Below are positions 23,386 through 33,048 of a stretch of 64,000 bases of DNA, in pieces. The notes beneath the pieces were generated by a model that was not told the origin of the DNA, searched no databases, and was given only the letters and a program-made list of their open reading frames with translations. Every line of letters starts with the position of its first letter. The first letter of the stretch is position 1. A program made the translations under genes and the position numbers. The DNA comes from a bacterium (lineage in GTDB: Bacteria; UBA8248): contig CBDBEV010000001.1 in assembly GCA_965204535.1 (NCBI GenBank), positions 32,001-96,000 of the forward strand. Direction: 5' to 3'.

Positions 23386-24015
23386 CTACATGACGCGAAA
23401 CCGCCGCTCCATGGCCCGGCTCCATTTGCTCGCGTGGTCACCGTCGAACAAAATATCCGGGTCCGCAGGCGCCGTATACCAGTCTCCGCGCCTCATCTCG
23501 CTCTCCAGTTGTCCGCCCCCCCAGCCGGCATAGCCGACCACGATGACGATTTTCTCGGGCCGCCGGCCCCGGGCCATGGCCCGGAGCAGCGAATCCACCG
23601 GGCTTACCGCTACATTCTCTCCCACTTTATGCGCCACCCCGAGTTCTTGCTCCCTCGTATGGAGCACGAAACCGGTATCGGGCGATACTGGCCCGCCGTA
23701 GTGAATGTCCACGCGGCCCATGTCCCCCCGAGGCGCCTCGATACCGAAGCTCCTGAACAGCGCGGAGAGGGACATGTTCTGCGCGACGCGGTTCAAGATC
23801 AGCCCGAAAGCCCCCCTTTCGCTGTGCTCCACCAGCAGAATGACGCTCCGGCGAAATCGACCGTCCGGCATGCCCGGCCGCGCGACCAGCAACTCGCCCT
23901 GGTGGGATCCGAGCAGCGGGAGAAACGCCCCCTCCAGGTTCTTGTCCTGTTCCTGGGCGGAGGCGGAGGCGGCGAAAAACAACACCACCATCGCAGCGAG
24001 AAGGATTCGCTTCAC
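23386..24015 (-). CDS. YqgE/AlgH family protein with N-terminal signal peptide
   Basis: LLVA.P.M.D..F.RSVIL, GGPV and GYAGW..GQLE.E motifs. GTG start directly after the mnmA stop. Confidence 0.88.
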   Translation of the reverse strand: MKRILLAAMVVLFFAASASAQEQDKNLEGAFLPLLGSHQGELLVARPGMPDGRFRRSVILLVEHSERGAFGLILNRVAQNMSLSALFRSFGIEAPRGDMGRVDIHYGGPVSPDTGFVLHTREQELGVAHKVGENVAVSPVDSLLRAMARGRRPEKIVIVVGYAGWGGGQLESEMRRGDWYTAPADPDILFDGDHASKWSRAMERRFRVM

Positions 24016-24016
24016 C

Positions 24017-25090
24017 CTAGGCCACCCAGCCCCCGCCGTAGAGCACGTCGCCGGCGTAGAAAACGGCCGCCTGCCCCGGTGCCACGGCGCCCAGATACGC
24101 GGGGTCATGGGGCCTGATCTCGACGGTACCATCCCCTTTGGGCTTGACGTCGCAGGCGGCGGCGCGGCCCCGGTGCCGCACCTGCACCTGCAAATCCGCG
24201 GATTCGGGGGGAATCGACCAGCGCACGTCGCGGACCCGGAATACCTCGCGCGCGAGGGCTTTCCGTTCGCCCACCACGACGGTGGCAGAATCCGCTTCGA
24301 GTTCCACCACGTAGCGCGGGGGGCCGCCCCCCAAATCGAGGCCCCGCCTTTGCCCCACGGTGAAGTTGGTCACCCCCCCGTGCCTGCCGAGCACGTTTCC
24401 CTCCAGGTCCACGATGTCGCCCGGCCTGTCGACCCCCGGTTTTTCAGATCTCAGGAAAGCGCGGTAATCATCCTTCGGCACGAAGCAAATCTCCTGGCTT
24501 TCGGGCTTCTCCGCGGTGGGGAGACCCAGTTTCCGGGCGTATTCCCTCGTTCGCTCCTTCGTGAACTCGCCCAGGGGGAACGCGGTGCGCGCGAGTTGTT
24601 CCTGCGTCATGCCGAAGAGGAAATAGGTCTGGTCCTTTTCCCTATCAAAACTCCTGGCGACGCTCAGCCTCCCGTCGACCTCCACCCTTCTCGCGTAATG
24701 GCCCGTCACGAGCACCTCCGCACCAAACGCCACCGCGCGCTCGGCCAGGTAGTCGAACTTCACGGCCTGGTTGCACTTGACGCACGGCACGGGCGTTCTG
24801 CCGCTCTCGTATTCTGAGATGAAGTCTGCGATCACGCTCTCGCGGAAGGATTCGCGCACGTCCATCACGTAGAAGGGGATGTCGAGCCGGGCCGCCACGG
24901 CGCGGGCGTCGGCCAGGTCGCGCGGCGCGCAGCAGCCCCTGTGGAAGGACTCCTGCGCGGGCCTGTCGGCGAGGCGCAGCCCCACGCCGATGGTCTCATG
25001 GCCCGCCTCCACCATGAGGGCCGCGGCCACGGAAGAGTCCACCCCGCCGCTCATCGCCACCACCACGCGCTCCGCCATCACCGCCTCCAT
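24017..25090 (-). CDS. mnmA: tRNA-specific 2-thiouridylase
   Basis: AMSGGVDSSV, TP.PC..CN..VKF, TGHYAR, KDQTYFL, ESQEICF and PGQAAVFY. Confidence 0.98.
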   Translation of the reverse strand: MEAVMAERVVVAMSGGVDSSVAAALMVEAGHETIGVGLRLADRPAQESFHRGCCAPRDLADARAVAARLDIPFYVMDVRESFRESVIADFISEYESGRTPVPCVKCNQAVKFDYLAERAVAFGAEVLVTGHYARRVEVDGRLSVARSFDREKDQTYFLFGMTQEQLARTAFPLGEFTKERTREYARKLGLPTAEKPESQEICFVPKDDYRAFLRSEKPGVDRPGDIVDLEGNVLGRHGGVTNFTVGQRRGLDLGGGPPRYVVELEADSATVVVGERKALAREVFRVRDVRWSIPPESADLQVQVRHRGRAAACDVKPKGDGTVEIRPHDPAYLGAVAPGQAAVFYAGDVLYGGGWVA

Positions 25091-25190
25091 GGTTCACCAT
25101 CCAATGCCAGGGCACGTTATACACCACACGCTCCGCCCGAGGCCACACGGCGCGGGGAGGCGGGCGGCGGTCTGTCCGGCGGGCGCCGCT

Positions 25191-25370
25191 GCGGGCAAAT
25201 GCGGGCAAACGCGGGCAAACGCGGGCAAATGCGCGGGAGCCGAAAAACTTTTTTTGCCGCTATATCTGAGTGCGCCACACTAAGATTTACATGATAACTC
25301 TTTTTATTACAATGCTTTATCTGACCATCATTTTTCAGAAATTTATCGAAAAACATCGTGAATTTCTCGA
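25191..25370 (+). repeat. Right copy of long diverged inverted repeat, preceded by four GCGGGCAAA(T/C) units
   Basis: Four exact 10-bp-period units at 25191-25230; 25241-25370 matches the reverse complement of 2601-2730. Confidence 0.95.
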
Positions 25371-25462
25371 TATTTACGGGAAATATCATTATTTTCATTA
25401 TCGCCGTTATCCTTGCTTCCATGAGCGCAACTCCCCGGCGAGAAAAAGCCCCCCTGGGGAGG

Positions 25463-25534
25463 TCAAACGCGAGTGAGGAACGAGCGTCGAACGCGACGGA
25501 TGAAGGAGTGTCGAACGCGACTGATGAGGGAGCG
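25463..25534 (+). repeat. Three imperfect 24-bp tandem units
   Basis: TCAAACGCGAGTGAGGAACGAGCG / TCGAACGCGACGGATGAAGGAGTG / TCGAACGCGACTGATGAGGGAGCG. Confidence 0.85.
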
Positions 25535-25874
25535 TTCGAAGACTTTGCGGAAGGGTCCGCCGCCCTAGCCCTCGCCCCGTCACCGCATCCCATGAGAAAG
25601 CCTCCGCGCCTTTTCGTTCCGTTCCGGCCCATGCGGGAGATACTGCTCCCCCGCGCCGCGCGCACGATAGCGGATTCCGGGATTGCGGGGATAACGGCAA
25701 TTGCGGGGAAATGCGTAATCGAACGTGAGTGATGAGGGATTTTTCAACAATCCCGAGGAGGGAGGCTACGTAATTACCCAAAAAATTGATGCTAAATTGG
25801 GAGATAACAATCTTATATAATATAGGCTGTATCGTTGAAATGATTGAAGTCGAAGAACCAAAACCCGGACTGCG

Positions 25875-26486
25875 ATGAAAGTACAAGATCAGGAGGAAGT
25901 AAAAAACATGGGAACAATTTTATATTGTCATGACGAGGATTTTAATGATTGGGCTCGAAAGAAAAGAGATAAATACCTACAGGAAATTGAATTCATTTAT
26001 GGAACTAGAGATACAAGCTACAATTTGAGTGAATGCTTTGGGGTAAGAATATGTAGCCCGACTATAATTGATGATCGTCATACGCAGGGTATCGTAATTA
26101 TACTAACCCAAGAAGCTCTTAAAGAATGGCAAAATAACAAACCCCAAAGAGCGGCATGGCAATTAGCACATGAATGCATCCATTTGCTTGATCCTCGCTT
26201 TGAAGAAGGAAACACTATTGTCCTTGAAGAAAGCCTTGCTACAAGATTTCAATATCAAATTGAACCGAATATATCCATTGGTTCTGGGAATAATGGAGAA
26301 GCATATATTGCAGCTTTTGATTTGGTTTCAGGTTTTATGGGAAATGGATACTTGCCAGAAAAGGTCAGACAACTAAGAAAAGAGAAAATTCGTATATGTG
26401 ATATTACTTCCGAAGACTTAATGAGAGTAGCCCCTGAAATTGGTCATGATACTGCAAAAGCTCTCACAAAGGAGTTTCAATCATGA
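25875..26486 (+). CDS. Low-GC hypothetical protein with HExxH motif (ImmA/IrrE-like zincin)
   Basis: QLAHECIHLL followed by LEE.LA; strongly AT-rich codon use. Confidence 0.65.
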   Translation: MKVQDQEEVKNMGTILYCHDEDFNDWARKKRDKYLQEIEFIYGTRDTSYNLSECFGVRICSPTIIDDRHTQGIVIILTQEALKEWQNNKPQRAAWQLAHECIHLLDPRFEEGNTIVLEESLATRFQYQIEPNISIGSGNNGEAYIAAFDLVSGFMGNGYLPEKVRQLRKEKIRICDITSEDLMRVAPEIGHDTAKALTKEFQS

Positions 26487-26551
26487 CTTCGGAATTTGGA
26501 GATTTATTAAAAAATAAAAATTTAGGGTACTATTATATATAATTCCCTTTC

Positions 26552-26731
26552 GTAGGGGTGTCGGGTTTCCTGACGAAGAGAAGTTCGACCGCCTCCGCCC
26601 TTTCGTGTTAGAGGCGAATTATACCGTAGGGGCGGCTCGCGAGCCGCCCATTCTTCCTGGAAAACGCCGTCATTGCGGTGTCAATTCCGACCGAGGTGAA
26701 GATTTCCCGTAGGGGGGACCTGAGTGCCCGC
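26552..26731. repeat. GTAG-type REP hairpin cluster
   Basis: For example GTAGGGGCGGCTCGCGAGCCGCCC, plus two degenerate GTAGGGG copies. Confidence 0.7.
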
Positions 26732-26800
26732 CTGCAAGGTTCGTCAATCGAGCACCATCCCCCCTTGCTTCTCCCCGCGCAATCGGCGAAAAGATAACGC

Positions 26801-29800
26801 ATGAGTCCGGTCAACCGAAACTTGACGGCGGCGGTGGAGAACTACTTCTCCGATCTTGCGCGCATCCGCGCCTCGGGCGGAGCGACAAGCGAGCGATCCT
26901 ACTATCCGGCGCTGGCGAACCTGCTAAACGCGGTCGGCGCGACGCTGAGACCCAAGGCGTTCTGCATCCCCGAACTTGCCGATCAGGGCGCGGGCCATCC
27001 CGATTTCGGCCTCTATGCGGCGCGGCAGGTGCAGCGGGGCCGACCGCGCGAGGGCCAGACACCCGAGCGCGGCGTGGTGGAGGTGAAGTCCGCAGGAGAC
27101 GACGCCTGGCTCACGGCGGAATCCGATCAGGTGAGCCGCTATTGGGAACGCTACCGCCTCGTGCTGGTGACGAACACACGCGATTTCCTGCTCGTGGGCG
27201 AGCGGACGGGCAGGCCCGCGATGCTGGAGAAATTCAGGCTCGCAGAGAATATGGAAGACTTCGAGCGACGTCTGGAAAGACCCCGCGCCTTCGCCCGCAG
27301 CATGGGAGCCGGACTGACGGAATACCTCACCCGCGCACTCTCGCATCAGGCGGCCATCGCGGAGCCGAAGGATTTGGCGTGGCTTCTGGCCTCCTATGCG
27401 CGCGACGGCCTCTCTCGCGTCGAGCGCATCGACGCTGGCGGAGACGCGCTGGCCGCGCTGCGCGGCGCTTTGGAAGAGGGCTTGGGCGTCCGCTTCGAGG
27501 GCGAGCGAGGGACGCGGTTTTTCCACTCAACCCTCGTGCAGACGCTCTTCTACGGCGTCTTCTCCGCCTGGGTGCTCTGGGCGCGACAACCGACCCGGCA
27601 AACGGACGCCTTCAACTGGCGAGAGGCCGTCTGGCACCTGCGCGCCCCCGTGCTCGCCGCGCTGTTTCAGGAAGTCGCGGCCCCCAACCGGCTGCAACTC
27701 TTCGATCTGGTCGAGGTGCTGGACTGGACCGCTGCCGCGCTGGATCGTGTGGACAGGGAGGCCTTCTTCGCCCGCTTCAACGAGGGCGAGGCGGTTCCCT
27801 ATTTCTACGAACCATTTCTGGAGGCCTTCGACCCCGCCCTCAGGAAGCAACTCGGCGTCTGGTACACGCCGAACGAGGTCGTGCGCTACATGATCGCCCG
27901 CGTGGACAAGGCGTTAAAAGACGATCTCGAAATCGCCGAAGGCCTTGCGGCGGAGAACGTCTACGTGCTCGACCCCTGCTGCGGCACGGGGGCCTATCTG
28001 GCCGAAGTCCTGCGGCGCATCAATGCGAATCTGGCGAGTCAGGGTATGGGCGCGCTCGCGGGCGCGAGAGTCAGGGAGGCGGCAACCGAGCGCGTGTTCG
28101 GTTTCGAGATCATGCCCGCTCCCTTCGTCGTCGCGCATTTACAAGTCGGCCTCGCCCTGGACAGCCTCGGCGCGCCGCTGGCGGATTATGAACGCGCGGG
28201 CGTCTTCCTCACCAACGCGCTCACCGGCTGGGAACCGACGGACGAAGAAAAACAGATGGTTGCTTTTCCCGAACTTGAAGAGGAGCGTGACCGTGCAAAT
28301 CAGGTAAAGCGGGAAACGCCCGTTCTTGTGATTCTCGGCAACCCGCCCTACAACGGCTACGCGGGCGTGGCCGTGGAAGAAGAGCGTGAACTCACCAACG
28401 CTTACCGAACGGTGCGGCGCGTCCGAAAGCCCGAGGGACAGGGGCTGAACGACCTCTACGTGCGCTTTTTCCGCATGGCGGAGCGGCGCATCGTCGAGAA
28501 AACGGGCCGGGGGGTGGTGTGCTTCATCTCGAACTATTCCTGGCTGGACGGGCTTTCATTTCCCGGAATGCGCGAGCGATATCTCGCAGCCTTCGACGCT
28601 GTGCGCGTCGACTGCCTGAACGGGGACAAATACAAAACCGGCAAAGTCGCGCCGGACGGCTCGCCCGACCCGAGCATTTTCTCGACGCCCGGCGACCCGG
28701 TGGGCATTCAGGTGGGAACCGCCATAGCGACGCTCGTGCGCAAGCAGGATCACGCCCCCGCAGGGGAAGTCGCCTTTCGCCATCTCTGGGGACGGGCCAA
28801 GAGAGAGCAACTGCTGGAAACCTCCGAAGCCGAGCCGGACGCCCTGTATGAGAGGGTCGCGCCTGTTCGGCCTCTCGGCCTTCCCTTCACGCCGATAGAA
28901 GTTAGCGAGAATTGGTTCGACTGGCCCGCCCTGCCCGATCTGTTTCCGACCTCGTTTCCCGGCGTTACCACAAGCCGCGATTCGTTTCTCGTGGATACCG
29001 ACATCGACCGCCTCAAAACCCGCATAGCCGATTATTTCGACCCGGATATTAGCCATGAGGAGATCGCCCGGCGTCATCCCCGCGTGATGCAGACCACCGG
29101 GCGGTTCGACGCCTACGCCACGCGCGACGCGCTCCTCGCGCGCGACGGGCCGAATGAGGACGGCTTCATCCGCTACGCCTACAGGCCATTCGACAATCGG
29201 TGGCTCTACTGGGAGGGGGAAACGAAGCTGCTCGATGAGAAGCGCGCCGACTACAGGCCGCATGTGTTTGAGGGGAATCTTTGTCTGTCCGCCGCTCAGC
29301 ACCTGCGCAAGGGCGCGACGGAGCCACAGACTAATTTCACTCGACACATGGGTTCGTACCACCTGATCGAACGAGGTGCTCTATGGTTCCCCGCATGGCT
29401 CCGTCACGACGACAGTATCCGTGAAGGTGATGACGGTTCGAAATATCCCCCGGTTCCAAACATATCAAGAACCACCTCACGCTATCTCGATCGCGTCGGC
29501 GCGAATGTGGAGGATTTGTTCCATCACGTCCTCGCTACGCTCCATGACCCCGCCTACCGGGAGGCCAACGCGGGCGCGCTCCGCATGGAATGGCCCCGCA
29601 TCCCCCTCCCCGGATGGCCGAACGGCGGGGCGAAAGACGCAGCGGAGATTTTGACCGAATCCGCCGCGCGGGGCCGCGAACTCGCGGCGTTACTTGACCC
29701 TGATACGCCCGTTCCGGGCGTAACCCAAGCTCCCCTGAGGCCTGAGATGGCCGCCGTCGCCGTTCCCGCCACGGAGCGTGATGGCCAGATGACGGGCGAT

Positions 29801-30163
29801 GATTTCGCCGTAACGGCGGGGTGGGGGCGCCTCGGGGCGGGGGATGCCGTGATGCCCGGCGCGGGCCGCGCCGTCGAGCGGGCCTGGACGGAGGAAGAAC
29901 GCGCGGCTCTGGGCGAGGCCGCATTCGTCCTCGGCGAGACGGCTTTCGACGTGTATCTCAACGACCATGCCTTCTGGCGGGGCGTCCCGGCGAACGTCTG
30001 GAACTACAAACTAGGCGGCTATCAGGTTTTGAAGAAGTGGCTTTCCTACCGCGAGCAGACCATCCTCGAACGCCCCTTGAAGCCCGAAGAAATCCGGCAC
30101 TTCACCGACACGGCGAGACGGATTGCGGGGATATTGATGTTGACGGAGGGGATGGTTTCGTAG
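26801..30163 (+). CDS. Single-chain restriction-modification enzyme (N6-adenine methyltransferase, type IIG/ISP-like)
   Basis: N-terminal PDF...VEVK nuclease-like motif, YFYEPFL, G.WYTP, DPCCGTG (motif I), GNPPY (motif IV), YRPFD and GGYQVLKKWLSYR C-terminus. Confidence 0.9.
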   Translation: MSPVNRNLTAAVENYFSDLARIRASGGATSERSYYPALANLLNAVGATLRPKAFCIPELADQGAGHPDFGLYAARQVQRGRPREGQTPERGVVEVKSAGDDAWLTAESDQVSRYWERYRLVLVTNTRDFLLVGERTGRPAMLEKFRLAENMEDFERRLERPRAFARSMGAGLTEYLTRALSHQAAIAEPKDLAWLLASYARDGLSRVERIDAGGDALAALRGALEEGLGVRFEGERGTRFFHSTLVQTLFYGVFSAWVLWARQPTRQTDAFNWREAVWHLRAPVLAALFQEVAAPNRLQLFDLVEVLDWTAAALDRVDREAFFARFNEGEAVPYFYEPFLEAFDPALRKQLGVWYTPNEVVRYMIARVDKALKDDLEIAEGLAAENVYVLDPCCGTGAYLAEVLRRINANLASQGMGALAGARVREAATERVFGFEIMPAPFVVAHLQVGLALDSLGAPLADYERAGVFLTNALTGWEPTDEEKQMVAFPELEEERDRANQVKRETPVLVILGNPPYNGYAGVAVEEERELTNAYRTVRRVRKPEGQGLNDLYVRFFRMAERRIVEKTGRGVVCFISNYSWLDGLSFPGMRERYLAAFDAVRVDCLNGDKYKTGKVAPDGSPDPSIFSTPGDPVGIQVGTAIATLVRKQDHAPAGEVAFRHLWGRAKREQLLETSEAEPDALYERVAPVRPLGLPFTPIEVSENWFDWPALPDLFPTSFPGVTTSRDSFLVDTDIDRLKTRIADYFDPDISHEEIARRHPRVMQTTGRFDAYATRDALLARDGPNEDGFIRYAYRPFDNRWLYWEGETKLLDEKRADYRPHVFEGNLCLSAAQHLRKGATEPQTNFTRHMGSYHLIERGALWFPAWLRHDDSIREGDDGSKYPPVPNISRTTSRYLDRVGANVEDLFHHVLATLHDPAYREANAGALRMEWPRIPLPGWPNGGAKDAAEILTESAARGRELAALLDPDTPVPGVTQAPLRPEMAAVAVPATERDGQMTGDDFAVTAGWGRLGAGDAVMPGAGRAVERAWTEEERAALGEAAFVLGETAFDVYLNDHAFWRGVPANVWNYKLGGYQVLKKWLSYREQTILERPLKPEEIRHFTDTARRIAGILMLTEGMVS

Positions 30164-30228
30164 GGACAACCCTCCGTGGTTGTCCCTTGTCGCACAGGCG
30201 CGGGCGGCCACGCGGGGCCGCCCCTACA
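30160..30228. repeat. Inverted REP pair (REPIN-like)
   Basis: GTAGGGACAACCCTCCGTGGTTGTCCC ... GGGCGGCCACGCGGGGCCGCCCCTAC. Confidence 0.8.
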
Positions 30229-30362
30229 GGTTGCGTTTTCACCGATGCGACGCGGCGGATTGGAGCCATACCGGGAAAATGATAGGATTACCTGCTCCAC
30301 GAGGCTCCACCCCAGACCCCACAAGGTAAACGGACGATGCAAAGCGTCGAGAGACTCGCGCC

Positions 30363-30857
30363 ATGAAGCCCACCGTATACATCGAAACATCGGTTATCAG
30401 CTATCTCACTGCGCGACCATCCCGCGATGTCGTGGTCGCGGCGTATCAGGAAATAACAAATGAATGGTGGCGCGATGCGCCTGACAGGTTCGCTCTCGTC
30501 GCCTCGGCGCTCGTCGTCTCGGAAGCCGGAGCGGGCGACAAGGATACGGCCCACTCCCGCATGATGGCCCTCGAAGGCGTTGCGCTTCTCGATGCAACCC
30601 TGGACGCCGAGGAATTCACCCGGAAACTGCTTGATTTCGGTACGCTTCCGCGCCAAGCCATCGATGATGCCGCGCACATCGCCATTGCCGTTACGAACGG
30701 CGTCGATTATCTGGTAACATGGAATTTCCGGCACATTGCGAATGCCGCAATGCGAGGCCGGATCGAGCGCGTATGCAGAGAGTCGGGCTATGAACCGCCC
30801 GTGATATGCACGCCCAACGAACTGATGGAGGCCGACCGTGCGGACGACGCAGACTGA
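30363..30857 (+). CDS. PIN-domain (VapC-like) toxin
   Basis: VYIETSVISYL, E, DAAHIAIA and LVTWNFRH motifs. Confidence 0.9.
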   Translation: MKPTVYIETSVISYLTARPSRDVVVAAYQEITNEWWRDAPDRFALVASALVVSEAGAGDKDTAHSRMMALEGVALLDATLDAEEFTRKLLDFGTLPRQAIDDAAHIAIAVTNGVDYLVTWNFRHIANAAMRGRIERVCRESGYEPPVICTPNELMEADRADDAD

Positions 30858-31032
30858 CCCGATAATCGCCGAGGTCCGGGCCGCGCGGGATGCGCACGCG
30901 GCGCGCTTCGGTTACGACGTGGCGGAGATTTTCCGGGACATTCGGGCCATGCAGGACGCATCCGGTTCCGAATACGTCCGCCGTCCCGCGCGCCGCGTCG
31001 CCGCCATATCCGACGATTCCCCATCGCCGTAA
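30838..31032 (+). CDS. Small partner protein, putative antitoxin downstream of PIN toxin
   Basis: DPIIAEVRAARDAHAARFGYDV..I motif; overlaps the toxin stop. Confidence 0.7.
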   Translation: MRTTQTDPIIAEVRAARDAHAARFGYDVAEIFRDIRAMQDASGSEYVRRPARRVAAISDDSPSP

Positions 31033-31065
31033 TGCCCGACCGGGCGGACACGCCGGTCCGCCCCT

Positions 31066-31137
31066 GTGTTCGCTGTAGGGACAGGCCCCCGTGCCTGTCC
31101 TGAGTGGGACAACCACAGGGGGTTGTCCCTACGGACC
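31066..31137 (+). repeat. 72-bp REP doublet, direct repeat of 35835-35906
   Basis: 70/72 identical by hand comparison; contains GTAGGGACAGGCCCCCGTGCCTGTCC and GGGACAACCACAGGGGGTTGTCCCTAC. Confidence 0.93.
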
Positions 31138-31216
31138 CCTCTCAACGGTCGGTTCTAGACGCCGAATCACGAAATCATGACTTTTCCATTAGCCCCTTTA
31201 TTCGATGACCCCCGCC

Positions 31217-32521
31217 CTAGTCCACCGCGTCCTCGCCCCGGGCGTGGGCCAGCTCGCGCGCGCTCGGGTTGACCGACGGGCAGAAGGGGACCTCGCAGAC
31301 CTGCGCGCGCTCGGGCCGGCCCGGCTCGCCGGCGTACTCGTCCGGCAGCCAGACCAGCAGTTCGGTCCCGACCGCCGACTTGCCGACCGGCACGTAGCCC
31401 AGCGCGATGTTGCACCCCAGTTCCGGGGCGTGCCACGGCGAAGTCAGGTAGCCGATGGGGTCGCCTCCGCCGGCGTCCGAGACCAGCCAGAAGTCGGGCG
31501 CGTAGTCGTCGATCGGCTTGCCGCCCAGCTTCACCCCCACCATCACCATCGAGAACGGCGGCCGCCCCGCTTCGATCTCGGCCCGCATCCCCTCCAGGGC
31601 CGCCCGGCCGATGTAGTCGCCCCGCTTTTTGCGCGGCACCTGATAGGCCAGGTTGCACTGAAAGGGCACCGTCTCGTGGTCGATGTCCTGCCCCCAGGAG
31701 AGGATGCCGGCCTGGATGCGGCGCTGGTGGCCGGGGGCGGTGACCATGAGCCGGTGCGGCTCGCCCGCCTCAATCACCGCGCGCCAGAGCTTCTCGGCGT
31801 GCAGGGTGGCGTCGCGCAGGTAGATCTCATACCCCTTCTCTCCCGAGAAGCCGGATTGGGTGACGACCACCGGGCAGCCCGCGACCTCGGCTTCCAGGAC
31901 CCCGTAGTAGGGGATGTCCCGGACGTCTTCGCCCACCAGATCGACCATCAGCGCGAGCGACTTCGGCCCCTGGATCTGCAGCGGGCAGACGTCGATCTCG
32001 TTGATCTCCACCTCCATCCGCTTCCCGACGTTGACGCCCTGGAGCCAGTAGAGCAGGTCGGAGTCCGCCAGCGAGAACCAGAACTCCTCCCCGGCCAGGC
32101 GCAGCAGGACCGGGTCGTTCAGGATCCCGCCCTTCTCGTTGCAGAGGATGACGTACTTCGCCTGCATCGGCCGGATGCGGGTCGCGTCGCGCGTGATGAC
32201 GTAGTCGACGAACCGCTCCGCGTCCGGCCCCTTCACTTGAATCTGCCGCTCGACCGCGACGTTCCAGACCGTCACGTGGTTCGTCAGCACCTCGTGCTCG
32301 ACGGCCGCGCCGCCCTCTTCGGGCCTGACGTAGCCGCGCGGATGGTAGATGCGGTTGTAGACCGTGGCCCGCCAGCAGCCCGCCTCGTGGGACAGGTGCC
32401 AGTAGGGCGACTTCCGCACCCGCGTGGAGATGAGCATCTCCACGGGCGTCCGGCCGCTCTGGCGCAGGTTGACGGGAACGATCCGGTCGGACTGGTCGAC
32501 ACTTTGCGGCTGTCCGTTCAT
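31217..32521 (-). CDS. GcvT-family aminomethyltransferase (DmdA-like demethylase)
   Basis: YN..YHPR, WNVAVERQIQ.KGPDA, GGILNDPVLL, SGFSGEKGYEIY and RRIQAGILSWGQD. Confidence 0.88.
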   Translation of the reverse strand: MNGQPQSVDQSDRIVPVNLRQSGRTPVEMLISTRVRKSPYWHLSHEAGCWRATVYNRIYHPRGYVRPEEGGAAVEHEVLTNHVTVWNVAVERQIQVKGPDAERFVDYVITRDATRIRPMQAKYVILCNEKGGILNDPVLLRLAGEEFWFSLADSDLLYWLQGVNVGKRMEVEINEIDVCPLQIQGPKSLALMVDLVGEDVRDIPYYGVLEAEVAGCPVVVTQSGFSGEKGYEIYLRDATLHAEKLWRAVIEAGEPHRLMVTAPGHQRRIQAGILSWGQDIDHETVPFQCNLAYQVPRKKRGDYIGRAALEGMRAEIEAGRPPFSMVMVGVKLGGKPIDDYAPDFWLVSDAGGGDPIGYLTSPWHAPELGCNIALGYVPVGKSAVGTELLVWLPDEYAGEPGRPERAQVCEVPFCPSVNPSARELAHARGEDAVD

Positions 32522-32599
32522 GGCTCCTCCTGCTCCGCCGCGCCTCACGGCTTTCCGGCGCGGCTCCGGTGCGCGAGCGCCTCTAAATGCTCAAGCGGC

Positions 32600-32855
32600 G
32601 GCTGTTGAAATAGCTGTCCTTGCTCGGAATTCACCACCCAGCGTCATTTCGGCGTCATTGCCGCTCCTGTTGTAGGGGTCGCATATATGCGACCCGATTT
32701 TTCCGCCGCCCGACATGGGCCGCATATATGCGGCCCCTACAGGTGAAAACCAGCTTGGTGCGAAAGTAGCGCTTCTTTCCCCTCGCCCGAAAAACCCTCC
32801 CGCATCGGGAGGGGGCAAAAGGGATGCCCCCGACGAGGGCTTTTTCAACAACCCC
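32600..32855. mobile_element. MITE-like element with GG(C/T)TGTTGAAA termini enclosing a REP pair
   Basis: GGCTGTTGAAATAGC ... GCTTTTTCAACAACCCC; internal GTAGGGGTCGCATATATGCGACCC and GGGCCGCATATATGCGGCCCCTAC. Confidence 0.65.
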
Positions 32856-33048
32856 TCCTGGCTCGCGAAACTTGTAAACAGGGCGAATTATATGCCATAT
32901 ATGCCATGATTCAAGGCCGATCTTCCGGTCGGGGCGTGATGCGGACGCCGACCCCGCTCACGGGGGCGAGACCGGAAACCGGCGCTCCCGGCTCCGGGGC
33001 CGGGCGCCTCGCGGGCCGTGACCGTCATGCGTACCTGGGGGATCCATC

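Noticed and set aside
25191-25230. Tandem repeats or REP clusters as a CRISPR array
   Set aside because: The units are 10 bp with no spacers, the REP clusters lack regular repeat-spacer periodicity, and there are no cas genes.
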